The notes beneath the pieces were generated by a model that ran no database searches, was not told the DNA's origin, and was given only the letters and a program-made list of their open reading frames with translations. The translations under genes were made by a program, and so were the position numbers. DNA of 64,000 nucleotides from Leucoraja ocellata (taxonomy: Eukaryota), in the NCBI GenBank assembly GCA_036785375.1, contig JAWMAR010000085.1, forward strand, positions 1,426,001 through 1,490,000. The letters run 5' to 3'. The stretch's first letter is position 1; every line of letters starts with the position of its first letter. Below, in pieces: positions 1 to 11,790 of this stretch.

Positions 1-1232
1 CTATCTAAAAATCTCTTAAATGCCTGTTATTCTGCTTCCACCACCAACTCTGGCAGCACATTCCAGGCATTACCACTTGCTGTGGGCAGCACTGCATTCT
101 TGGCTCTGTTAATTTAATCTGCCTTTTCTCCACCCATGTCTGTAACTGATCTAGATTCAGTTGCATCCTTTGATGGCCTTCTTCACTGTCTATTTTTGAA
201 TCACCTGCAAATTTGCTAAACAGCCCATCTACATTTTTATCCAAGTCTCACACACACACGCACGCACTTAGACAGATAGACAGACAGATAGCACAAACAA
301 CAGAGGTCCCAGCACTGTTCCCTGCAGAACACACAGGTCACACAGTCAGAATAACACTCTTCCACTTCTAACCTCCGTCATTTTATATGAGTAAGCCAGT
401 TCTGAATACAAACTATCAAGTCATTGTGCACCATGCATCTTAATCATCTAGATCAACCTTCCAAGAGGGACCTTGTCAAACGTAGACAACATCCACAGCC
501 CTACCCTCAACAGTCACCTACTTCAATTCTACAAAAAACTCAATCAAGCATGCAAGACATGTCCTGTTTTACACACAGGCATGCTGACTGTCCCTAATTA
601 GCCCATTCTCTTCTAGATGCATGTTAATCCTATCCCTAAGAATCTTCTCCAATAACTTCCCTTCCATTGTTGTGAGACTCTCGTATAATTTTCTGGATTA
701 TCTCAATTTCCCTCTTAAACAAAATTACACTTTTTTTTTCTCCAGCCCTCCATAACCTTGCTTGGCTAGAGTAGATACAAAGACCTTCACCAAGGCCCTG
801 ACAATCTACACTCTTGCCATCATGCCAATAGACAATAGGTGCAGGAGTAGGCCATTCGGCCCTTCAAGCCAGCACCGCCATTCAATGTGATCGTGGTTGA
901 TCATCTATAATCAGTACCCCGTTCCTGCCTTCTCCCCATATCCCCTGACTATCTGCTATCTTTAAGAGCCCCATCTAGCTCTCTCTTGAAAGTATCCAGT
1001 GAACCGGCCTCCACCGCCCTCTGAGGCAGAGAATTCTCTGTGTGAAAAAGTGTTTCCTCATCTCCATTCTAAATGGCTTACCCCTTATTCTTAAACTATG
1101 GCCCCTGGTTCTGGACTCGCCCAACATCAGGAACATGTTTCCTGCCTTTAGCGTGTCCAAACCCTTCATAATCTTATGTGTTTCAATAAGATATCCTCTC
1201 ATCCTATATTCCAGAGTATACAAGCCCAGCTG
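1..1232 (-). mobile_element. CR1 fragments (older RT piece 1-820, 3' end 830-1232)
   Basis: FSKFAGDSKI RT remnant; standard CR1 C-terminus and 3'UTR. Confidence 0.85.
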
Positions 1233-1579
1233 CTGCCTTGGGGATTCATCCATCTTTTTGCTTTTTAAGAGACCTAACACCATCTACTTGATCTTCAAAT
1301 GTCCGAACATATTGGTATACCCCACACTGATCTCAGTATCCTCCATGTCCTTTTCCTTGAGGAAATGTAATTTTGTAATTTAAGGGGTAGAGAAAACCTA
1401 TGCAAGTTGGAATAATGCCGTGTGGCAATTTTCCTACATTTTAGGCCAGGGAAGCAAGTCTCCTTGTTTGTGACATGTTATTGGAGTTGTTTGCATTGTG
1501 AAATAATAATGTCTGTTTGGAAATTAAATTTAGAGGAAGTTAAGCAGAAAGGAAATGTTTGCAGTCACGTAGGACTCAC

Positions 1580-1675
1580 CTGAAGACTTTCTCTTCAACT
1601 TCCATGTAATCAACACAGCAACAATAATTGCTATGGCACCAATTGAAACTGTTGAAATAATAAGAACACCAATTG
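1580..1675 (-). CDS. TIGIT-like receptor, transmembrane exon (AIGVLIISTVSIGAIAIIVAVLITWKLKRKSS)
   Basis: 96-nt phase 1-1 exon, TTTTACAG acceptor, GTGAGT donor; hydrophobic helix followed by a basic stop-transfer segment. Confidence 0.88.
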
Positions 1676-2205
1676 CTGTAAAATGATGCTGCAGTTCCCT
1701 ATTTACACAGCCCTTGTGTACTATTATTTGCATTGTTGCAATGTGATGCATTTTGTTATTGACAATCCTTCCCCGAGTCCAATTGCTGTTGAGCTTCCCG
1801 TTTTATATGAAGATTAAGAGCATTAAAGACACCGCAAATTAGCTGCTCAAATTATTTGGGTTAAAAGCCACAGCCGCCCAAAAGTAGTTGATAATGCATT
1901 CATGATATTTCAAGTGAAATCAAATTGATTGTACATAAGTCATTGAAGCATAAAAGCTTAAAGGGCAAGATAAATTAATACTGTATAACCATTAGGATAA
2001 CATAATAAAAATAAATAACATAAGTTCAGTATAACTGGATTTGAAAAGCTATGTAGTAACTTCTATTTGCATAACTAGCATAACCTGTACATGTTTTACA
2101 GATTCTTTGTAATATTCTACCAACATTAAATTAATAGTAATTCAAGATTATAAACTAATACTGAAATTGTGAGGATAATGGACAGAGTTTTGTTTTAATT
2201 CTCAC

Positions 2206-2262
2206 CTGCAAGGTATATTAAGATATTTTTCTTAAGACGGTACTTTGCAGTTATGTCATACC
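2206..2262 (-). CDS. TIGIT-like receptor, short stalk exon (GYDITAKYRLKKNILIYLA)
   Basis: 57-nt open phase 1-1 exon with TTTTTTGTTATTAACAG acceptor and GTGAG donor, lying between the IgV and TM exons. Confidence 0.7.
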
Positions 2263-3096
2263 CTGTTAATAACAAAAAAGGTTTACAAATGCATGTTCAA
2301 ATTATTCACTGAATTATATTATTATTGATCAACTTCAAAGATCAGATTCAATGAATTAATCACCTCAAAAACGTTGTGGTACAAGAAATGGAATGGACCA
2401 TGGGGCTGCTGAGGCCTGTTCTTTCACCCATCAAGGACATGGCTGAAGATAGACTCAAAATGCTGGAGTAATTCAGCAGGTGAGGCAGCTTTTGTGGAGT
2501 AAGAAACAATTAACATTTCATCAGTTTTACCTAAGGGCCGTCAACGTGAAACATTAAGTCGGAAAGGTTTTCAATCTGAAACCTTAAGATTGTTTCTCCA
2601 TCCACAGATGCTGCTTATCTTGTTGAGAATTTCAAGCACTTTTTGTTTATGTTTCAGATTTCCAGCCAACACCTACCAATATGCTCCACCTACATTAGTC
2701 TCACCTGCCTGCATTTGGCCCAAATCCTTCTAAACCTCTCCTATCTATGTACCTGTCTGAATGTTTTTTAGATGTTGTGATAGTACACAACAACCTACTC
2801 AACTGCCCACTCTGGCAGCTAGTTCCATATAACTTCCACCTTTTGTATTAAAAAGTTGTGGTACTTTTATAAACACTATTAGCGTGATCCATAATTGGCA
2901 GATGAGAGTATTTAAGAAAAATCTTTCAGCAAATTGGGATTTCTAATCATTATAAAAATGTATCCATTTGAGATTTATCTGAGCTCTCTGGAATAAATGT
3001 ATCCATTCACCATTTTGAAAACCTCCATTTAAATATTGCTTAATTTTACATCATTCAAAGCAGTTCATAAATTTGACATATTTTGTAAAACATTAC

Positions 3097-3426
3097 CGTT
3101 TACATCCAAGTGTACTTTGCCCTGTATTTTGCCGTTTGGATAGGTATGAAATATGCAGGTGTACCATCCACTGTCTGCTGGCTGAACTCCTGTGATTGTG
3201 ATCGTGGATCGATGTCCATTAACTTCCAATTTTATTCGTTCACTGTGGGGAGTTGTTGCGTTTGTGGCCACGTGGAACACAACGAGTTTCGCTCTGTTTT
3301 CGGACTTCTCCCATTCAACTAATACCAGTTTGAGATCTTTGTTTGAAGAGGCACAATGTAATGCTGCAGAACTGCCTTTTACAGCAGTTACTGACCCACT
3401 ACTTTCAAGCTCTTTTGTTTGAATAC
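3097..3426 (-). CDS. TIGIT-like receptor, IgV exon
   Basis: 330-nt phase 1-1 exon, acceptor TTTACTCCCCCAG, donor GTAATG. Translates as GIQTKELESSGSVTAVKGSSAALHC...VEW...TITITGVQPADSGWYTCIFHTYPNGKIQGKVHLDVN. Has the V-set C, W and DxGxYxC residues plus the TYPxG motif of the PVR/nectin-binding family. Confidence 0.92.
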
Positions 3427-4285
3427 CTGGGGGAGTAAAGAAAAATGTGTCATTACACTTTTTAGTTTTGTTTCATTTCGAGATACAGCGTGGAAACAGG
3501 CCTTTCAGCTCACTCAACCATGTACAGTAGTTCTATCCTATGCACTAGGGATAATTAACCAAAGGCAATTAACCTACAAACCTGCATGCCTTTGGAATGT
3601 GGGAGGAAACCAGAACACCCGGAGAAAACACACGCAGTCACAGGGAGAATGTACAAACTCCGTACAGATAGCACCCATAATCAGGATTGAACCAGGTTCT
3701 CTGACATTGTAAGGCAGCAACTCTACTGCTGCACCACTATATCACCCCTTATTCTGTGGATAAAAGTCGGGTCCGGTTGAAAATCTACTCAACTAGGAAC
3801 CCAGCAATATTGGACTCATTTCAGAGCCAAGTACGTGTGAAGGAATTAATCTTTTTGTCGTTTTGGTATGGTTTTCAATTGGTCCAATCATTTTTTTAAT
3901 GGTATAACACTCCTCAAGATACCATCAACAGGTGTAATGCCTGCAATCCATTGCATGTTTTTCAGCCTCACTAGCCTGAAAGATAATAGTTCCTAATAGC
4001 TTTATTAATGCTAAAATGTGTTATTTGAGGGACTAACTCAAACTGCATGGTTTTCTGAAGGAGACTCTTCTGACATGCAGGTTTGTAGATTTATTGTCTT
4101 TGGTAAAAATATTGTAAATTGCCTCTAGTGTGTAGGATAGTGCTACTGTACGGGGTGATCACTGGTCGGCACGGACTCGGTAGGTAAAGAGCGCTGTGTT
4201 TCTAAAGTCTAAATCATGCAAAGGAACTTTTGAGTTTTTCTTTGTTCTTTCATTATTTAAAATACCTCAATCTTCCTTTTCTTAA

Positions 4286-5041
4286 TGGGCCTGTCCCACT
4301 ATGGCAACTTTTTAGGCGACTGCAGGAGACTATGCAGTCACCACATGGTCGCCACATGTGTGTGGGTAGTTGCCGGGGAGTCGCCTTCATGGTAGCGAGG
4401 AGTTCCGCATTCTGGGAACTAGTCACGGCCTGATTATGGTTGCTACGAATTTTTCAACATGTTGAAAAAGTAGCAGCGACTAAATTGAAGCCGCCATGGA
4501 GAGTAGCGAGAATTCTCGTGCCGTAGGTGGGTCACCCAGAGGTCCTAGTGGGTTGCTAGGAGGTCGAAGGTTCTCAGAGGTTCTCATAGGTTGGAGCCGG
4601 TGCTGACCGGTGAACTTCATTGGCTCATTGGGAAAAAAAAGTTAACAGTAGTTTTCAGAACCAAGGATAACAGACCAGTAATGTTAAATTGCCGCCGAGC
4701 TTCACAGCCGTGCATCTCTGGCTTATTAAAAGTTGTCTCTACTCCTTCTCTTCCATTCTCACCCATTTCTCCCCCCCCCCCTCTTTTAAAGGACTTACCG
4801 TACACTGTGCTAGCCATCTTAACTACAGCGCCAACCTTCTTGTTCATCGTGTGTGTGTCTGGATCACCTTGGCTTTGCACTGTGTGATTTTTTTTTTAGA
4901 CACTGCTTCCCCCGCTTGCCCTGTCCCCCGCCTGCATAACGGGCTGGTAAAGGAAACAGTGTGTGTGTGTGTGTGTGTGTGTTCCATTCTGACAGTCAGC
5001 ATTCCAGTTGGCGGTAAAATTGTCGAGGTGGGACAGGTCCA
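4286..5041. mobile_element. PIF/Harbinger-type MITE
   Basis: TAA-TGGGCCTGTCCCAC ... GTGGGACAGGTCCA-TGA; internal palindrome TTTTCAACATGTTGAAAA and a (GT)n tract. Confidence 0.7.
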
Positions 5042-5774
5042 TGAAGCTAGATTCCTGGCTGTTCCTTCTGTCTTGCTGGCTGTGCCTTCTAGTTCTAGAA
5101 TATGCCCTGTAAATATTTTTGGCACATTCTTCAGTGTCTCTTTATATAATATAATGAGCCGGACAGTGAATTGACAGTGAATACACATAATTATAACGTC
5201 TTCACTTCTTATGTCTGTTGCTGTAGAAATGATCCCCCGTGCTCTGTTCACAGGCTCATTGGCATATTAAGCTGCATTGCTAATTTTATTCATTTCTCAA
5301 TCTGTAATTCTAGATCTGTTTGTTTTTATTAATTAAAAAGTCAAGATTGAAGATTGATTTATTGCCATATGTCTTAAAACAGAACAATGAAATTCTTACT
5401 GGATAGATACAAAATGCTTGTGTAGCACTGTTGATCAGGCAGCATCTCTGGAGAAAAAGAATAGGTGATGTTTTGGGTCAGAAGCTTTTAAACTGAAACA
5501 TGGAGGTGGGGGAGGGGGAACCTGTGGCGAGAGGCTGGAACAAATGACGGCCTTTCCTCGTTGTCGTTGAGAGAGAGAGAGAAAGAGGTTGTAATAGACT
5601 TTAATTCCAGGACTCACTTGCTTTACTCAATCCATTATTCATGCTGTAATTAGCTGATGGTGGCAGTGGAATGTTGTGTGGTTTCCGAACTCTGTCATAA
5701 ACGATCAACCTCCTTCTCTGCTGCTTTAAATTTGTTGAAGGGATTTTCCCCTCCACGATACGTGAGATCAAAAG

Positions 5775-6612
5775 GTTCAAGTTCAAGTTCAAGTTCACAT
5801 TAATTGTCACATGCACCAATTAAGGTGCAGTGATATTTGACTTACCATACAGCCAAACAAATAAAAATAACACAATACAGGATAGAGATTAACGTAAACA
5901 TCCATCACAGTGGAATCAACATTCCTCACTGTGATGGAAGGCGATAAAGTTCAGTCAATCTTCCTCCTTTCATCACCTTTGGTCGGGGCCTTGAACCCTC
6001 CGCAGTCGCTGCCAGGGACAGCCCGATGTACAAGCCCTCTCGTCGGGATGATCGAAACTCCGACGTCGAGACAGAAATGAAGACACTGCGTGGTTTGGAG
6101 TTTCCGAATCGGACGCTTCTTACCGGATAACGCGGCTTCACAATGTTAAAGACCACGGGCCAGTGGTCGGAGCTTCTTCTGGTGATCCCCGGCAAGGGAT
6201 CCCAGGCTCCACGATGGTAAGCTGGTGCCCTCGGCTAGAATCTCCGAAGACCGCTGCAGTCAGCAGACCCCCGCGGTCGGAGCTCCAACACTAGCGACGC
6301 TTGGCAAAGGATCCCAGGCTCCGCGATGGTAATTCCACACCGAGCCTGACGCTGTAACTCTGGGCTGGTCTCCGGTCTGGAAAGGCCGCACCAAACTAGT
6401 TGTTAGGCCGCGAGGGGGACGAAGATACGACATGGAGAGAAGTCGCATCTCCGTCGAAGTAAGTGACTGTGAACGCTTTCCCCCTATTCTCCCCCCACCC
6501 CCCACATTAGAAATACAGAGAAACATTAAATCATACATTTAGACGCAGTAAAAATAACAAAAAAAGTTGAAGGCACAGACGGGCTGCTGGCGAGGCTGCC
6601 GCTCGCCGTGAC
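5775..6612 (-). mobile_element. Unclassified non-autonomous retroposon with GC-rich body and (TTGAAC)n tail
   Basis: CAAGTT tandem tail on the + strand at 5778-5797, CpG-rich body, internal direct repeat GGATCCCAGGCTCC at about 6197 and 6309. Confidence 0.5.
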
Positions 6613-7213
6613 GTTAAGGGAAGGTTTTCCACTCTTCCTCCCTTTTTCAACATTCCAGCATAGAATTATACAGCACAGAAACAGCTCTTTGGCCCAACTT
6701 GCCCATACCGACTAAACTACCCCATCCATACTAGTCCCACCTGCCCACATTTTGCCCATATCCCTCCAAACCTTTCCTGTCCATGTACATGTCCAAATGC
6801 CTTTTAAATGTTGTTGTACTACCTACCTCAACTATCTCCTATGGCAGCTCATTCTATACACCCACTTCCCTCTGTGTGAGCAGTTTACTATTTCTGGATA
6901 ATATTCTTTACTTTGTTGCTTAATTGCACATGGTGTGTAGAAAAACACCACACTGTGGTCAGGATCGAACCCGGGTCTCTGCTGCTGTAAGGCTACAACT
7001 CCACTACTGCACCAAGTGTTCCTCATTGTCCATTTTCTGCCTTCATACTGCTATTCATGACCAATCATTAAGCTTCTAAGTCTTCCCTTCACCTACTCTT
7101 CCAGTGCATATATTCAATTTTACTTCGGAGTCACGTGAGTGACTACGTGAAGAACCCGCTTCCAACGCATGCGTGACATATCGCTACACGCATTGCAACG
7201 AGTCACACGGGGA

Positions 7214-8150
7214 ACGGCGGGAGAATTTGAAAGTCGGGAACAGCAGGTAAGAGACTCTGCGTTCCTTCCACTTACCTTTTAGGTGGAGACATGGACCGGA
7301 TCCATGAAGGCTGCAGAAAGCTGGCGGGGGAGAACCGCGGAGTGCGGGCAGCCGGCAACAGCAGCAACGGCACCGATTTCCTGGAGAAGAAACACCTGTG
7401 CCGACTTCGCTCCCGCACCGGCAAAATTCACTTCTCGACCGGGCGGGAAGCGAAGCAAAGACGTCCCGTATGCCAGGCTCAAGCGAGTCTGGCTTGGAGC
7501 AGTCGCTAGCGGCCAGCGCCGAGGCTGCTGGACAGAGAGCAACGAGGGACCAGTGCTGTAAGTACCGGGGGTACACAGGAGAAGCTCAGCGGGTGCAGCG
7601 GCACCAATGGAGCAAAGGAAGTGGGGACGTTTCGGGCCGAAACCCTTCTTCAGACGGTAAGCACCGGGGTTGGTCCAAGGGGTCCCTACGAGCAGCCGGG
7701 AGCGGCCAGTACTGAGGGAACAGCCGGTTTTACCGACTGCGGAACTGCCGCGAGGGACCAGTCCCGTGAACACCGGGGTCGGTCCGAGCGGCTCGAATCT
7801 GACACGCAGGGAACGACGTTCACCAGCGGGAGAATTTGAAAGTCGGGAACAGCAGGTAAGAGACTCTGCGTTCCTTCCACTTACCTTTTAGGTGGAGACA
7901 TGGACCGGGTCCATGAAGGCTGCAGAAAGCTGGCGGGGGAGAACCGTGGAGTGCGGGCAGCCGGCAGGAGCAGCAACGGCACACCGATTTCCGAAGAGGA
8001 AAACACCTGTGCCCGACTTCGCTCCCGCACCGGGGAAAAATTCACTTCTCGGCCGGGTGGGCAGCAAAGCAAAGACGCAAGTACAAAGTATGCCAGTGTC
8101 GCTTTGGAAGCGAGTCTGGTTTGAAGCAGCGCTAGCGGCCAGCGCCGAGG
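7214..8150 (+). repeat. Direct duplication of the DIRS 5' segment (about 7214-7525 and 7826-8150)
   Basis: GCGGGAGAATTTGAAAGTCGGGAACAGCAGGTAAGAGACTCTGCG... occurs twice about 610 nt apart, giving paired ORFs METWTGS/MDRIHEG and METWTGS/MDRVHEG. Confidence 0.9.
7626..7653 (-). ncRNA. Minimal hammerhead motif inside the DIRS element
   Basis: CTGAAGAAGGGTTTCGGCCCGAAACGTC. Confidence 0.62.
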
Positions 8151-8679
8151 CTCACAGAAATGAGGACATTGGAGTGGGGTTGACCGGCTGCAAATGACCG
8201 CGAGGGACCAGTACCGTGAGTACCGGGGTCGGTCCCAGCGGTTTAAGTTACAGAGAGCGGGAGCGCCCAGAACTGAGGGCATTGGAGTGGGGTTGACCGG
8301 CTGCAACGACCGCGAGGGAACAGTACCGTGAGTACTGGGGTCGGTCCCAGCGGTCTGAGATAAACGAGCAGCCAGGAGCGCTGAGAGCGTTGGAGCCGGT
8401 TTTGACCGGCTACACAGCAAAATCCCGACGAATCAGGTACAACCCCACGGACCCCATTGAATTGAGTGGCGGTGCAGGCTCGAGGGGCTGAATGGCCTGC
8501 TCCTGCACCTAATTTCTATGTTTTTTCTATGTTACTATGACCCTTATTATAGGTATGTGGGAAAATGGTGTAGACCTAAAAATAGGGTTTTTTTCATAAA
8601 AATCTGTTTGTTCATCCTTTGGTTAAAGTATTAGATGGGTCCAGGGCGCTGGAAGTACGGAGACGCCGAAGGCGTGGAC

Positions 8680-9134
8680 CCGAGAAACTGGTGTTTGTCA
8701 TACAGGATTTAATAAAACAAAACAGACCAGGTTCATCGGGTCAAGTGTTTGAATTTATGGTATATCCATATGACGAACGACTGTGTATAGCAAGACACAT
8801 CCAACTATACATAGAATATACTAAGAGCATTCGAGGTCAGGAAATGGCGTTGTTAATCTCTTACAAGAAACCGCACAAAAGGGTCACGACCCAAACTATA
8901 TCAAGGTGGCTCAAATATGTCCCAAAGATGGCAGGAATAGACACTAATGTTTTTAACTCTCATTCCACCAGGGCTGCAGCAACATCCGCAGCAAAAATTC
9001 TAGAGGTACCCACAGACCAAATCCTCGGAATGGCAGGATGGTCATCCGAAAGGACTTTCCAAAGGTTTTTTATAATAAACCAGTTTTTGGAGCCATCATC
9101 GTGTTCGGAATTCATTTTACGTTCAACAATATAA
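8680..9134 (+). pseudogene. C-terminal part of DIRS tyrosine recombinase
   Basis: LIKQNRPG...LCIARHI..YI..T...LLISY.KPHK.VT..TISRW...HSTRAAATS...AGWSSERTFQRF. The expected catalytic Tyr (FYNKP) is shifted out of frame at the T run 9066-9071. Confidence 0.88.
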
Positions 9135-11079
9135 TTTGCCCGAAAGGTTACAGGGCTATGATTTTCAATTAAAAAATTTATATTTTTTCGTTATACCACA
9201 CAACTCTTTGTATAAGTGTGTTTTTAAAATTACTAATGATGCTCTCTCCCAATACCCAAGGCAGTTGCGAAGCATGGACTCGTTCCACAGCATGAGGTCA
9301 CAGAGCTTTGAAATCTTCACGTAGTCACTCACGTGACTCCGAAGTAAAATAGTAAGATTAAACGAGAACTTACCAGTTTGAAGTTTGATCTGTATTTTAT
9401 GAGGAGGAACGTTGAGGGAATACGTGCCCTCCGCTCCCACCCTCCTATGATCATATCAAAAACTGGTATCTCTTTGATAATCTTACTATGTTAGGTCATT
9501 ATAGGTTTCTGTGACCTCACACCGCTGCTTTGAAGAATGACACGCATGCGTTGGAAGCGGGTTCTTCACGTATTCCCTCAACGTTCCTCCTCATAAAATA
9601 CAGATCAAACCTCAAACTGGTAAGTTCTCGTTTAATCTTACTATTTTGTATCACTCTCTGCATGAAGTTTTGTTTCTTGCCATTTATTCTGCTGCACTTT
9701 TACTATTTTGACTGACTATTTGGTATTTTGCCTCTAAATATCACTTGAAGACATTGACATTTACATTGTTGCTCAGTCTACTAGGTTCCCACGGCTAATT
9801 TTGTTGCTCCAGGTTCTAGCTTCTGCAGTCTCTTGCGGTCTGCATATGCCTTGTTTATCTTTCAAATTCTTTGACATGTCTTTTTTAAGATCTCCATTTC
9901 TACATATTTAGTTTAAACTGAAAAACCCCAAACTATCTGGTTATTTTTTTTGTAGATTTGTGCTTATGACTTGTGGTCAGCAAGAATAGAACCATTTACA
10001 TGCAACAACTTAAATTGGACATTTATATGTAAAATATCACATTACATTTTGGCCGGCTCTTTCTTTACCCTTTTAGCTATTTAATTTATTATTAACTTAA
10101 TGTTTAATCTGAAATTAGTTCTGTCGTTTACCTCATTTCTTACCTCATTTAGACATTTTCTTTTTTTCCCCCTCTATCTCATCTATCGTTACATAGAACA
10201 GTACCAAAGATAGACGCAAAATACTGGAGTAACTCAGCGGGACAGGCAGCATCTCTGGAGAGAAGGAATGGGTGATGTTACTCATTCCTTCTCTCCAGAG
10301 ATGCTGCCTGGCCCGCTGAGTTACTCCGCCATTTTGTACCTGTCTGGTTTAAACTTCCTAAACATAGAACAACACCACACAGGAACAGCCTCCCCACAAT
10401 GTCCGTGCTGACTATGATGCCAAGATAAACTAACCCCCCCCCCCACCCCACCACCGAAATGTGACACATATCCCTCCATTCCCTGCATACACATGTGCCT
10501 ATCTAAACATCTCTTAAATGCCTTTACTTTGCATGCAGTTACGCTTTTGTTTTGTTCAAGGCCTGAGGACATTTGACTACATTAAAAGCTGAAGCTAAGC
10601 ATAGATTGTTATTGTAATCGGTCGCTGCTGACTGTGATTACTTGGGCATGTGTGTAAGATGTAAGATGTTGGTTGATGTCTAGTAAGATCTCGCTATAGA
10701 CACAAAGTGCTCCATGGACCCAACTCAGAGGGTCAGGCAACATCTCTGGAGAACATGGATATGTGACGTTTCAGATAAGGACCCATCGCCAGACTCTTGA
10801 GATCTCTTGACCTCTTATTTGCATTTGTTTGTCATTTATTGGTTTTGTTCTGTTCACACATACTTCATCCATCTTATTAATTAATTTCAAATTACTTACT
10901 CTGACTCCATTGTCCTGCCTAGTTATATGTTCATTTCAATTTTAATGTTTCCAATCACAAGATTATGGCCTTTTGACAAAGTACTCAGTCCTCCCTCAAT
11001 CTCAAATTAACTACTCTGAAAAGTATTTGTTACTTGGTCTCTAATTTCACTAAATCTTTGAGACGATAAGACCATAAGA

Positions 11080-11790
11080 CAATAAGGCATAGGAGCAGAA
11101 TTAGGCCATTCGGCCCATTGAGTCTGCTCTACCATTCAATCATGGCTGATCTATCTTTCCCTCTCAACCCCATTCGCCAACCTTCTCCCCATAATCTTTG
11201 ACACCCGTACTAATCAAGAACCTACAGGCGGCAAGGTGGTGCAATGGTAGGTTTTGTGCCTTACAGCGCCAGAGACCCGGGTTTGATCCTGACTGCGGGT
11301 GCTGTCTGTACGGAGTATAAATGGCTTCCTGTGACCGCCGGGGTTTTCTCCAGGTACTCTGGTTTCCTCCCACACTCCAAACACATACAGGTTTGTAGGT
11401 TAATTGGCTTCAGTAAGTTGTAAAATAAATTGTCCCTGGTGTGTGCAGGTTAGTGTCGGGGTGATCACTGGTCGGTGTGGACTCAGTGGGCCGAAGGGCC
11501 TGTTTCTGTACTGTATCTCTAAAGTCTAAAGTCTACCCTATCAATCTCCGTTTTAAATAAACCCAATAACTTGCTTTCCACAGCCGTCTGTGGCAATTAA
11601 TTCCACAGATTCACCACCCTCTGACTATAGAAATTCCTCCTCATCTCCATTCTAAATGTACATCCTTTTATTTTGAGGATGTGCCCTCTGGTTCTAGACT
11701 CTCCCACTACTGGAAACATCCTTTCCACACCCATTCTATCCAGGTTTTTCATTATCCAGTAGGTTTCAATAAGATCCCCTCTCACTCTTC
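11080..11790 (-). mobile_element. CR1 3' fragment interrupted by a + strand SINE (about 11227-11535)
   Basis: MRGDLIETY...RVVNLWN and 3'UTR flank a full SINE. Confidence 0.85.

Larger units (their letters stand above)
7117..9647 (+). mobile_element. DIRS1-type tyrosine-recombinase retrotransposon, internally deleted (non-autonomous)
   Basis: Inverted terminal repeats at 7144-7175 and 9541-9572. Internal complementary region 9314-9426 matches the joined left and right ends. ATTTT at both termini. YR fragment present; no RT/RNase H recognisable. Confidence 0.92.

Noticed and set aside
7184-8420. Many overlapping ORFs on both strands
   Set aside because: Explained by the GC-rich duplicated DIRS 5' region; no host-gene features.
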